From a virus (Duplodnaviria; Caudoviricetes): 64,000 bases of DNA. Shown piece after piece: positions 18,750 to 27,917 of the stretch (within the stretch, counting starts at the first letter, position 1; every line of letters begins with the position of its first letter). The position numbers and the translations under genes were made by a program. Location: IMG/VR virus record IMGVR_UViG_3300025372_000001; one strand, 5' to 3'. The notes under the pieces are model-generated. The model did no database searches. It saw only the letters and a list, made by a program, of their open reading frames with translations, and was not told the origin of the DNA.

Positions 18750-19316
18750 ATGAAAATGTTAGAACTATCTGATGCAATCAGCACATTCCAAAATGGAATG
18801 CAAACCTTTACTCCTACTATTGTTCGAGAAGGATTTATCAACAACACGGGAATCAAACTAGAATATCTTGATCCCTTGGGAGAAGCAGTATTTGTTACTT
18901 GCACAGTCGATGGCCTAAAGACCTTTATTCTAATGACTGCTGATAAGCGGTTACCTTTTGGTGACACAAGGCAAACCATTAAAGATAATGGATTGGAATT
19001 TCTTTATCAGAATTGTGATAGTGAATATACTGGTAAATGGGAATATTCATTTGATCTAAATGATGATGAAAATTCTACAAAATATCAAATCAAGAATACT
19101 TTCTTTGAAGAATATAAAGAAAATCCTTTGAGGAATGGACTTAAGTTCAATGAGCTTCATGCTAAATTCATTCTATATTTTCCTGTTGAAGGAAAGACAG
19201 AGAATGTTGATGGATTAGCAATGTTGGAAGTTGGAAATGATCTATTTGACAATAGTGGACTTGTTCATTATTACAATTTTCGACTAATTTTGGAAACCGA
19301 CGTTAGTTATCTTTAA
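18750..19316 (+). CDS. Soluble beta-rich protein, possible Psp-operon partner (DUF2491/DUF4178-like, weak)
   Basis: Sits between the Ser-rich protein and PspA; similarity is inferred from context and C-terminus only. Confidence 0.45.
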   Translation: MKMLELSDAISTFQNGMQTFTPTIVREGFINNTGIKLEYLDPLGEAVFVTCTVDGLKTFILMTADKRLPFGDTRQTIKDNGLEFLYQNCDSEYTGKWEYSFDLNDDENSTKYQIKNTFFEEYKENPLRNGLKFNELHAKFILYFPVEGKTENVDGLAMLEVGNDLFDNSGLVHYYNFRLILETDVSYL

Positions 19317-19382
19317 TCGGTTGACAAACTCTTAAACTGATGCTAAGATAATACTGTTAGATAAACCAAAAACAAAAATAAT

Positions 19383-20105
19383 ATGATCCTACTCACTACA
19401 ACTATTGAATTCACAACGCTGTTGATCCTCCTTTTCCTTCTGGTGGATTTATTTACAGGCTTTAAGATGATTAAATCCCTGTTTAATCGACTGCGATTGA
19501 AGGCAGATAATGCTGCCGAAGCTATTCGTGATCCTGAAGCAGATGCACATGCCGCTCTTGCTGATATTCGCCAGCAAAAAGCTCGTATGATTGAACTTCG
19601 TAAACAAATCCTTGTTTCAATAGGACTTGCAAAAAGTAAAGTCTCTAAAGCATTCGATGATGTTAATAAGTACGAACAACTTGCAATGCTTGCAGGAAAA
19701 GCTCAAAAAGCTGATGATGTTAAACTTGCTCTAATGAAGAAAGCAGCAGCAAATCAAAAACTTGCAGATGCAAATGAACAACTCAGTAAGCTTACTAAGC
19801 AAGAAGATAGTTTGGAAAATAAGATTGCAGAATTTGATGCCTTGATTGATAAGGCGGAAAGTGATAAGGAATATCTATCTTCTGATCTTAAGATTAATCA
19901 GTTTAATATACAAGTTAATGAAGTGTTGAAGAGTAACGGCAGTGCTCTTGGTGCAATTGATAAACTTCGTGCTGATGTCGATAAGAGTCGTATTGAAGCA
20001 GAAGTATCTGGTGAACTCAGTGACGATTCTAAGAGTTTGGAAGCAAGGTATGCACCTGCTAATGGTGTCACGGCGGAAGATGTCAGTAAGTATCTGACTG
20101 CATAA
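19383..20105 (+). CDS. pspA: PspA/IM30 (bacterial ESCRT-III) family protein with an N-terminal hydrophobic extension
   Basis: LFNRL..KA..AAEAI.DPE helix, long coiled coil, A.LA....K.DD...AL..K, C-terminal SLEARY. Confidence 0.85.
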   Translation: MILLTTTIEFTTLLILLFLLVDLFTGFKMIKSLFNRLRLKADNAAEAIRDPEADAHAALADIRQQKARMIELRKQILVSIGLAKSKVSKAFDDVNKYEQLAMLAGKAQKADDVKLALMKKAAANQKLADANEQLSKLTKQEDSLENKIAEFDALIDKAESDKEYLSSDLKINQFNIQVNEVLKSNGSALGAIDKLRADVDKSRIEAEVSGELSDDSKSLEARYAPANGVTAEDVSKYLTA

Positions 20106-20128
20106 ATAAGAACAATAAATAATAAACC

Positions 20129-20162
20129 AAAAACCCGAAGGATTCATTTCTTTCGGGTTTTT
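20129..20162 (+). terminator. Intrinsic terminator after pspA
   Basis: AAAAACCCGAAG...TTTCGGGTTTTT hairpin. Confidence 0.75.
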
Positions 20163-20189
20163 GTGGTACTAACTAAAATTAAAATATAT

Positions 20190-20420
20190 ATGTTTATTCT
20201 ATTTCATATTTTCCTTGCATTGATTGCTCTTGCCTTGTTTGTGGTCTATTGGGCGATTGATAAGGAGCTTGATTTGACCGAGGATGAGCGAGCAGCAGGC
20301 TATATCCTGGCAGTAGTCTGTCCCTATCTGTTAATCCCGTTCATTTGTGCAGTTGACCATGCTGCTATTTGGGCCGATATTAAATGGTTATGGAATCTTG
20401 TTGACACTGATATTACTTAA
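20190..20420 (+). CDS. Two-TM membrane protein (start reassigned)
   Basis: Hydrophobic segments. Confidence 0.55.
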   Translation: MFILFHIFLALIALALFVVYWAIDKELDLTEDERAAGYILAVVCPYLLIPFICAVDHAAIWADIKWLWNLVDTDIT

Positions 20421-20513
20421 GTTATAATGATCTATGACAACACCGATCTTTCTAATCATTCTTGGATTATTTTTAATCCATAGATTGTATCACATTTTCA
20501 CCGATTAAGTCCT

Positions 20514-20714
20514 ATGATTACTCTTTTGCTAGCTCTTTTGATTTTAAATTATGTAGCATTGTTATTGTCGTTTCTTGTGGCATCAGCATTCAATGAAAAG
20601 CTGATTACCACAAAAAAAGAATTTCTATTAGTGATTATACCATATGTGGTATTAATCGGTGCAATCATAGGAGTTGGTATATCAATTAAAGATTATTATG
20701 AATCCCTCAAATAG
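20514..20714 (+). CDS. Two-TM membrane protein
   Basis: Hydrophobic segments. Confidence 0.6.
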   Translation: MITLLLALLILNYVALLLSFLVASAFNEKLITTKKEFLLVIIPYVVLIGAIIGVGISIKDYYESLK

Positions 20715-20979
20715 AAAATAATATGCTGAATCCTACTCAACAAGAAATATTTGATTTTCTAAAACAAAATTTAGAAATCGGAATTGAAATTCTTCAATAT
20801 CCCGGCTCTCCGCGTGTTAAAGTTGATTTATATTTGTGCGGTGAACAAATATCTTCCGACATCGACGAATTGTAACAAAAAATTATCAATTATAAAAACT
20901 AGAATATCTAGATAAAACTACTAAAAATTTAAGTAATAAAACTTAACTAATAAAAATCGTTGAATACTGGCACCCCGCT

Positions 20980-21153
20980 ATGAAATATCTTCTAATTCTC
21001 TTTTCAATTTTCTGTTTGAGTTCATGTGTTGAACCTTATGGATACTATAACAGTTATCCGACATATTATCCAATTTATCGCTATAATCGGACATATTATG
21101 GGGGTTATGGATATTCAACCATGCCGTATTTCGGTCATCATTTCCGGTATTAA
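20980..21153 (+). CDS. 57-aa Tyr/Gly-rich lipoprotein (missed by the track)
   Basis: MKYLLILFSIFCLSS-CVEPYGYYNSYPTYY...YYGGYGY; lipobox LSSC. Confidence 0.65.
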   Translation: MKYLLILFSIFCLSSCVEPYGYYNSYPTYYPIYRYNRTYYGGYGYSTMPYFGHHFRY

Positions 21154-21194
21154 TCGGTTGACAAAGAATCATTTATCAGCTAATGTTCGTTCTT

Positions 21195-21386
21195 ATGAAA
21201 ATCAAATCACTCCTTCCTCTCATTGTTGCTCTTGCAGTCTCTACTGTTGTTGTCTTTGCCGTCATTGATGCGGATAAAGAACAAGAACTACATAAAATTA
21301 CAAATCCCGTTAAAGTGGAGATTCATCCTAAGTATGGCACCGTTCATGTTTATGGAGAGAATGACGAAGTTCCAATTTTTAAATAA
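21195..21386 (+). CDS. Single-TM protein (start reassigned)
   Basis: Own promoter near 21158; N-terminal TM. Confidence 0.55.
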   Translation: MKIKSLLPLIVALAVSTVVVFAVIDADKEQELHKITNPVKVEIHPKYGTVHVYGENDEVPIFK

Positions 21387-21585
21387 TTTTATTCCTTAAA
21401 CGTTACGAGGAATAGAAGTGAGAAAAAGAAAAGCAATACATATTTGTGAAAGTTAGGTGATTTTCCTTGTGTATTGCTTTTTCTTTTAAAATAAAAACCT
21501 TTATGACCGTATTTCCCCTTGTTATCATCTTCATAATCATCTATCTCATTGCAGGTATTATTGCATATACACAACGTTAAAATAT

Positions 21586-21855
21586 ATGATTCCTGATCCT
21601 TTATCTTACTGTTTGTTAGTTCTCAAGAAGTTAAAAGATTGTTCTATTAAGGATTATGCATGCATTTGGGTAAATTCTCGAATGGAATTTTGTCGAACAT
21701 ATTGTAAGGGATTTATATTTTCTAATCGGTTTGGTCTTGACTTTTTTGAAAAAGTTGCATATTGGCTGTCACAAGATGATTATCTATACTTTGATGAAAT
21801 GAGCGAATATGATAAAAACTTTAATCGTTGGTTGAAGCAATGGCGTTTGACATAA
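21586..21855 (+). CDS. Hypothetical protein
   Basis: Ends inside the -35 box of the next promoter. Confidence 0.5.
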   Translation: MIPDPLSYCLLVLKKLKDCSIKDYACIWVNSRMEFCRTYCKGFIFSNRFGLDFFEKVAYWLSQDDYLYFDEMSEYDKNFNRWLKQWRLT

Positions 21856-21919
21856 CCCTTTTATAAGTTATAATCCTGTTGTCAGACGAAACAATACAAA
21901 ATCTAACTCTACTAACACT

Positions 21920-22174
21920 ATGTCAATCTTCAATAACACCACTGCTCGTCCTCTTCGCACTTGTAAACATTGGTCTTACCGTGCTCCTGATAAGCGCAAT
22001 CCTGCCATGCATAGTTTTCTCTCTGTGAAGCCTATTGCAACGGTTAAACCACCTTCTAAAGGCATCTATCACTTCAATGGGGAAACGCTTCCTAACTTTG
22101 ATGCAGTGAAGGATGCTGCTCGAAAACAGAACTTTGGTATCCTTCGCATGGGTGCCGTGAACATTAATCTTTAA
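21920..22174 (+). CDS. Basic hypothetical protein
   Basis: Promoter TTGACA-16-TATAAT upstream. Confidence 0.65.
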   Translation: MSIFNNTTARPLRTCKHWSYRAPDKRNPAMHSFLSVKPIATVKPPSKGIYHFNGETLPNFDAVKDAARKQNFGILRMGAVNINL

Positions 22175-22185
22175 TCTTTAAAAAT

Positions 22186-22701
22186 ATGCGTATCATATCT
22201 AAGTGGAAGGACTACTATGATCATGAAGTAGCCTATTATGGTTATGACGAAACACGAATTTATGATCGAAGGGCACTTCAGACTAGTAGATTTGTGTCCT
22301 TTTCAGGTTCTACCCATTTACATGAATTTATCATTTGTGGAAAAAAGTTTCCGATGGTTACTAAAAATGGATTGTATTATACTGAACCTTCTGATAAACT
22401 GGATGGTTGGTCAAATATAAACTTGGAGCGATATAAGGGAGTTTCTTCTGATATAAATCAGAAATTGCAACAACCTGTGTTGTTAGCTGCTTATGGAGTA
22501 TATACTATTCCAATTCTAAGTACATATGGATTTGCATCTATCATTGACAGTCGTACAATGTATGGTATGATATATGACTATCTGGGATGGTTGAAAGATA
22601 ATCCTCCTCCGCCAGATAACCAAACAAACAAAGGAAAAATCATTAGTCATGGATTTGATCTGAAAAGCTCATTCCGTCCTAAAATGAAGAAAGCAGCATA
22701 A
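22186..22701 (+). CDS. Conserved-type phage protein (MRIISK.KDYYD...GFDLKSSFR)
   Basis: Terminal motifs typical of a widespread phage family of unknown function. Confidence 0.65.
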   Translation: MRIISKWKDYYDHEVAYYGYDETRIYDRRALQTSRFVSFSGSTHLHEFIICGKKFPMVTKNGLYYTEPSDKLDGWSNINLERYKGVSSDINQKLQQPVLLAAYGVYTIPILSTYGFASIIDSRTMYGMIYDYLGWLKDNPPPPDNQTNKGKIISHGFDLKSSFRPKMKKAA

Positions 22702-22704
22702 TAT

Positions 22705-23136
22705 ATGACCTTTGCACAAAAACGTTTAAATGTAATTATTGCTGAATTTATTGGTTGGAAATTTTGTCCTCCTTCTCAATACGAAGCACCCCATTCTTTA
22801 AATTATAAAATAGAGGCATCTTCTTGTTGGTCAAGACCAGGAAATGAAGTATGGCAACTAGAACAAATCCCTAATTATATTGATGGTGAAGAATCATTAT
22901 ATAATTGTCGAGAAATGGAAAAGGTGTTTGTAGATGATACGAATGCCCTTCAATTGAACTATTATGAGAATTGGTTAGCACATTTTTGTAATTTACAAAA
23001 CGTTATTAAACAACGAAAACCTATACTGCATGCATTTAGTTGGCATGCTTCCGCACTAGTTCGGGCTATATCATTCGCCTTAGCATTCGATCTTATTACT
23101 CAAGATGATATAAAAGAATTGTTGACAAACCCTTAA
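22705..23136 (+). CDS. Phage ABA-sandwich (BC1872-like) domain protein
   Basis: IAEFIGW...IPNY...EMEK...HASALVRAISFALA pattern. Confidence 0.5.
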   Translation: MTFAQKRLNVIIAEFIGWKFCPPSQYEAPHSLNYKIEASSCWSRPGNEVWQLEQIPNYIDGEESLYNCREMEKVFVDDTNALQLNYYENWLAHFCNLQNVIKQRKPILHAFSWHASALVRAISFALAFDLITQDDIKELLTNP

Positions 23137-23324
23137 ACTAAGAAATTCCAGAAGAAGAAGCAAGAGAAATGATTGAATCAGGTGATTGGGAATTTGTAGG
23201 AGAAAATACTTGTGGCAGTGTTTTCTATGATGGTAAAACCGGACAATTAATTGAAATGGGAGGGGAAACGGCAACTCTTCATACTCCTGACTTGACAAAC
23301 CCTTAAACTAAACGATACTACATT

Positions 23325-23537
23325 ATGTTCAAAACAAAACTCACTCTTGATATTGAAATTGAAACCCAATTTGGTCCCGAAGATGCGGTTAATATGATTC
23401 GATATATGACAAATAATGTCAATGTTCCTGCTATTCGTTCTGTTACTCTTCATAATCTACAAACCGATTATTCCCCATTGACAGAACAAGATGCGAATCG
23501 TAAGGTTATGTCAGGCTATCCAATTACTTTGAAATAA
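23325..23537 (+). CDS. Hypothetical protein
   Basis: Has its own promoter. Confidence 0.55.
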   Translation: MFKTKLTLDIEIETQFGPEDAVNMIRYMTNNVNVPAIRSVTLHNLQTDYSPLTEQDANRKVMSGYPITLK

Positions 23538-23712
23538 AAAATATGAAACTTGCTCCCGTATCCTCCGTGTTTAATACAGGTAAAACCTCTCCTAAAGGAG
23601 TTCCTATTTGGCAAGCAACTATCCGAAAAGATGGTAAAGATAGCACTTGCACAGGTGCTAAATCCGAAGTAGAATCTTGGGTAAACAAAAGTCTGAAATA
23701 AACAACTAAAAT

Positions 23713-23949
23713 ATGATTACTCTTTATTTCCTTGCAGTTTCTCTTGTCAGTCTTTTAGGTATGTATCTGTTGTATCTTCCTTACAAAATGAAGGTGGAAT
23801 GGAAATGGCTAGAAAATCTTGATTCAGTTGGTTTGTTTATCGTTGTAGTAGTCTGGTTCACTCTTCAAGCGGCATTGCTCAGTGTTGCAGTGTATTCATT
23901 GGTTGCTGCATTGATTTCCCCTCTCATTTATCTAATCCCTAGCTTTTAA
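23713..23949 (+). CDS. Two-TM membrane protein
   Basis: Hydrophobic segments. Confidence 0.6.
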   Translation: MITLYFLAVSLVSLLGMYLLYLPYKMKVEWKWLENLDSVGLFIVVVVWFTLQAALLSVAVYSLVAALISPLIYLIPSF

Positions 23950-23988
23950 TAGTTGACAAAGTAAATTAAATATAGTAAAATGAAAAAT

Positions 23989-24075
23989 GGCGATGTGCTG
24001 AAACTGGTAAACAGGAAAGTTTTAAAAACTTTTGCAAGAAATTGCTTGTCGATTCGATTTCGACCATCGCCACCA
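23989..24075 (+). tRNA. tRNA-Leu(UAA)
   Basis: 87 nt; acceptor GGCGATG/CATCGCC, anticodon arm AAAGT-TTTAAAA-ACTTT, long variable arm, encoded CCA; promoter TTGACA(23953)-17-TAAAAT. Confidence 0.9.
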
Positions 24076-24088
24076 TTTAAAAAAAAAT

Positions 24089-24493
24089 ATGAATAACTCC
24101 TCAATTAAAACCCTCTTTAAAGATTCACTCTATTTGGTGATTCCTGCCACCTTAATCAGTCTTACTCTCTTTGTTTCGCCTCTTTGGGGCAATGTGCTGC
24201 TGGCATGGCTAATGTTTGGAACATTGCTAACCATCGTAGCATTTGGGCTTATCCTTTTTTGTGAAACTATACAATCCTTTCTTCCTGAATTAAAGGAAAT
24301 CTTGAAAGAAGAACATGTTGAATATAACAATGCATTGTTGAAACTCCAAACATTTACATTTAAAAATGTAATTTCTATTGGTTTCATTATCTTATATGCA
24401 TATTATGGTTGGTGGATTTGTTTCGCTCTTGCCTCTTTCAATTTCCTTATTCCTAAAGTATTTGCAACATTCGCAGAAAAGAAAGAAGAATAA
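24089..24493 (+). CDS. Multi-TM membrane protein (start reassigned)
   Basis: About 4 hydrophobic segments; the track start overlaps the tRNA. Confidence 0.65.
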   Translation: MNNSSIKTLFKDSLYLVIPATLISLTLFVSPLWGNVLLAWLMFGTLLTIVAFGLILFCETIQSFLPELKEILKEEHVEYNNALLKLQTFTFKNVISIGFIILYAYYGWWICFALASFNFLIPKVFATFAEKKEE

Positions 24494-24495
24494 TT

Positions 24496-24906
24496 ATGGA
24501 AATACCAAGAATACTTTTAGTAGATGATGATTTCAATTCAAAGAATTATGTGGAATCATTAGAAGAACATGGATTTTTTGTTGAACATGCTACAACCCCA
24601 GACATTGCATTGCAGTTGTCGACTAACAATGGGCGATATACATTAGTTATTATGGAATGTATTATGTTGCCAGGGGAAACATTAGCTAACGAATCAGTAG
24701 ATGATGGAATGGAAACGGGTATAGTTTTATTTGATAAAATAAAAGAAATTGCTCCTATGACTCCTTGTTGGTTTTTGACTAATGCACGTTCTGTTGATCT
24801 TATTATGAAAATGGTGGATTTAGTTGGAATAGAAAGAGTTTATCGCAAATATAGTACTCTTCCACGAAGAATCATTCGAGAAATTCAAGAGACTTTTTCC
24901 AGATAA
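24496..24906 (+). CDS. Stand-alone CheY-like receiver domain with the phosphoacceptor Asp replaced by Glu
   Basis: ILLVDDD, LVIME-CIMLP at the usual LD-xMP position, conserved FLT and YRK. Confidence 0.8.
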   Translation: MEIPRILLVDDDFNSKNYVESLEEHGFFVEHATTPDIALQLSTNNGRYTLVIMECIMLPGETLANESVDDGMETGIVLFDKIKEIAPMTPCWFLTNARSVDLIMKMVDLVGIERVYRKYSTLPRRIIREIQETFSR

Positions 24907-25048
24907 CTCTTGACGTAAAAGAGAAAAGATGGTAAAGTCTAATATAGAATTGAACGTAGCCTTCTAATGACAAAATCGATTGTAGTCTAAAAATCTCCTG
25001 ACTAATAGTTAGTTGGTTACTTTCAGTTCTAAACCAAAATAAACAATT

Positions 25049-25267
25049 ATGACAAATATCTATACAGTTCAAACAAGAAGCGAAGAAACTGGATTGAATT
25101 TTTATTCATCTTCAAATCTTGAATCCGCTCTGGTAGAAGCAAAACTTGCAGCCGAAAAAGATTCTTCTATTTGGAAAATTTCTTACATTGATGAAACGGG
25201 TAACAGTGTACGATTGGTGAAGAATGAAGAAAACGAATGGGAAAATCAACCCTTGACTCTTTCGTAA
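25049..25267 (+). CDS. Hypothetical protein
   Basis: Packed ORF. Confidence 0.6.
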   Translation: MTNIYTVQTRSEETGLNFYSSSNLESALVEAKLAAEKDSSIWKISYIDETGNSVRLVKNEENEWENQPLTLS

Positions 25268-25324
25268 AAGATGGTAAAGTAAGGACGTTATAGAGAACTT
25301 GATTCTCAAAATTTATTAATTAAT

Positions 25325-25414
25325 GGTTGGTGGGGGCTGCCCGGCGGTAGCGGCGGACTCATAATCCGTGTTGTGTTTAAACACCTTCAGGATCGACACC
25401 TGCACCAACTACCA
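25325..25414 (+). tRNA. Non-canonical tRNA with CAU anticodon, long variable arm and 8/4 acceptor/T-stem
   Basis: GGTTGGTG/CACCAACT acceptor, GCGGA-CTCATAA-TCCGT anticodon arm, GTGT-TTAA-ACAC V-arm, CAGG-ATCGACA-CCTG T-arm, ACCA end; promoter TTGACT(25253)-16-TAAAGT. Confidence 0.75.
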
Positions 25415-25614
25415 TTTTCACTTCTTGAATAAACCGCTTATACTACTTCACAATGAAAACCGTTAAACAACTTATCGAATGTGGAGATTGGGAAGAATTT
25501 TATCTAACTGATAAAAAAGAAAAATTACCCAAAACACCTGAAAACGAGAAAACCTTTTTAGAATGTAAAGTTAAATGGAGTAGTGTTGCACAAAAAATTG
25601 AGAAATAATCTCTT

Positions 25615-25827
25615 ATGTCTAAACCATCTAAAACGAAAGTAATTGAAATTACCAAAGAAGAGATTGAAGAATTGATTTTTCAGCATCTTGCTCAGAAGGG
25701 TTATGCTCTTCAAGGTAAAATCAAATTTGAAACAGAATTGGATGATGATAGGATAGATAATGAAATTTTTTGGTCCCGTGATCCCGTAATCGCATTCAAT
25801 GGAGCAAAAGCAACAGTGTTAGATTAA
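25615..25827 (+). CDS. Hypothetical protein
   Basis: Packed ORF. Confidence 0.55.
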   Translation: MSKPSKTKVIEITKEEIEELIFQHLAQKGYALQGKIKFETELDDDRIDNEIFWSRDPVIAFNGAKATVLD

Positions 25828-25829
25828 TT

Positions 25830-26060
25830 ATGAACAATCTTGAAGAAATTAAAAAACGTGCATTCAGTTGGGCATTAACCCCTTATGATTCTTGTGAAGA
25901 ATGTATTGATCTAGGATATTCTAATACACTTAGGAATTGTGGGCAAGAGGTTTTAACCCTTTTAGGGGAAAGAATTCCTGAACCTTGTGAAGATGCATCA
26001 TTTTGTATGAATGAAGAACCGCATGAAAAACATGATTGTCTTTTTCCTGTATTTGAATAA
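25830..26060 (+). CDS. Hypothetical protein
   Basis: Packed ORF. Confidence 0.55.
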   Translation: MNNLEEIKKRAFSWALTPYDSCEECIDLGYSNTLRNCGQEVLTLLGERIPEPCEDASFCMNEEPHEKHDCLFPVFE

Positions 26061-26099
26061 CTTCTTGACAAGTTAAGGACTTAGTTTATAATTCCTCTC

Positions 26100-26654
26100 A
26101 TGAATATCTTTCCAATTGCAGATAATTGTTGTCCTATTCTTTCTGCTCAACAACTTTGTTCCAAACACAGTTCCCGAATGCCCTTGGAGACGATGGGAAT
26201 GCTCATGTTTGCCTTTCCAGAAGGTTCTACACCTTATCCTAACGAATATACTAACCGACACTATAAACACCCGTCTAGCATCTGGTTGAGAGAATCAAAA
26301 GATAATTTTGAATGGGCATTGATTCATGGACTGGCGCAATGTGAAGAATATACCCGTCGTTACAAACGTGAGCATGCTTCTCAAAAACATATTGAATGGG
26401 CAGAAAAGAATTATAATTATCTTTCTTTTAAACAAAATGGTTTGACTCCATTTGCCCGGTGTTTCGGTCCATTTAAACAAGAATTAGATAAGACTGAACC
26501 TGATACATTAATTGCCTATAGGAAATTTTATTGGTTGGATAAAAATGGATTTGCAAAATGGCCTAGCCAGAAAATGATTCCTGATTGGTGGCCGGAAATA
26601 TCTGATAAATTCGTTGACAAATCTTTCCGAGATGGCGTCTATACAAAACGATAA
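26100..26654 (+). CDS. Pyrimidine-dimer DNA glycosylase (DenV/endonuclease V)-like protein
   Basis: MNIF...CSKH..RM.LE..GML, HPSSIW.RES..N..W, EY..RY.+.H motifs. Confidence 0.75.
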   Translation: MNIFPIADNCCPILSAQQLCSKHSSRMPLETMGMLMFAFPEGSTPYPNEYTNRHYKHPSSIWLRESKDNFEWALIHGLAQCEEYTRRYKREHASQKHIEWAEKNYNYLSFKQNGLTPFARCFGPFKQELDKTEPDTLIAYRKFYWLDKNGFAKWPSQKMIPDWWPEISDKFVDKSFRDGVYTKR

Positions 26655-26696
26655 ACAATCCTTGACTTAGTTAATAAAAATGTTATCATACGTCCT

Positions 26697-27612
26697 ATGA
26701 ACAAACCAACTCATCTTTCTAAGGTAAGCGAATGGCAAGCATGGCTAAAGCAATTTATGCCAGTAAAAAAAAGCAAAAGAGCTTGCTGGTTCTGTCCGAA
26801 ATAAATTAGGAATTAAACATGTCAATGAATTCAATCTCAAAAATAAGAAAGTAGAAAATGGATTGATATTACTTAAACAGAAATATCCAAAGTTTTCTAA
26901 GAACAATACTTCATTGGCAAGAATTGCAACGACGGCGGCACAAAATTCAAATCAAAGGTTATCCAATTGGACAAGTCCTAAATCATCCACATTGATTAAG
27001 AAAAAAGGTGATTATGATGCATTGAATATGGGCCGATATAAAGGCAAATTCAATCGTATTATTTGGAATTATGAACCGCGATATACTTCTTATTATCGGA
27101 TTACACAAAATAAGAAATCAATTATTTATGTTTGGGGATTTGAAGGTGAAATGAATAAGAAAATCATTCATGCTCCGAAAGGAATGCAATTTGAACGAGA
27201 TGATAAAGGCTTGCTACTTAAGCGGCTATCTGATGGAATGGATTATCATCCATCGACGGAAGATTTATTAAATGCTAGATTTGCCACATTGATTAGGCAA
27301 ATAATGGCTAATAATTACAAATTGCGAATTGAAGCAAAGCGAATTGCAAAGAATCATGAAAGATTTGAAAGAATTTTTCAAAAAGATATTCCGACAACAA
27401 TGGTGACTTTGTTTGATTCGAGAAAAGCGGGAAATTGTATTGAAGGAACATTGTCATTTGCACAACATAGATTAGGAATTAGTCGGGAAGAAATTCTTAA
27501 AGGTGGATTTCTTTTTAAGGTGAATGCTAAGAAATTGATGGATAAGAATGAGCCAAGGGCAATCAATGCAGTTAGAGCCGCCTGGAATCGCGAAACTTTG
27601 GTTTGTATTTGA
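26697..27612 (+). pseudogene. About 300-aa basic protein with a +1 frameshift in an A8 run (26765-26772)
   Basis: ATG 7 nt after TTGACT-16-TATCAT; removing one A joins MNKPTH...PVKK to AKELAG...LILLKQKYPKF. Confidence 0.65.
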
Positions 27613-27642
27613 CTAATTGTTAAACTCGGCTATAATATCACT

Positions 27643-27900
27643 ATGCAATTCCTCCATTTCACCAAAGAAGCGTTTAATCTTTTTGATCCACAAAAAGTTC
27701 TCATTGCAACTAGTGATGAGTCAGATTTAACCGTTTCTACCTTGGCAGAAGAACAACAGAGACATTTGAAAACTTTCCCGAATGAAATGCCTACTAATTT
27801 TGAAATGTTGATGGAAATACTTAGGAGGGTTTCAAACAATCTGCAAGAAGTTATTGCTATTCACGACAATGGTTTGCCTTATCGTTTAATCATCGTTTAA
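27643..27900 (+). CDS. Hypothetical protein
   Basis: ATG 6 nt after TATAAT. Confidence 0.65.
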   Translation: MQFLHFTKEAFNLFDPQKVLIATSDESDLTVSTLAEEQQRHLKTFPNEMPTNFEMLMEILRRVSNNLQEVIAIHDNGLPYRLIIV

Positions 27901-27917
27901 TCATTGATTAATTTCTT

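Noticed and set aside
25325-25414. Initiator tRNA-fMet
   Set aside because: It lacks three consecutive G:C pairs in the anticodon stem and the C1:A72 mismatch, and it has a long variable arm.
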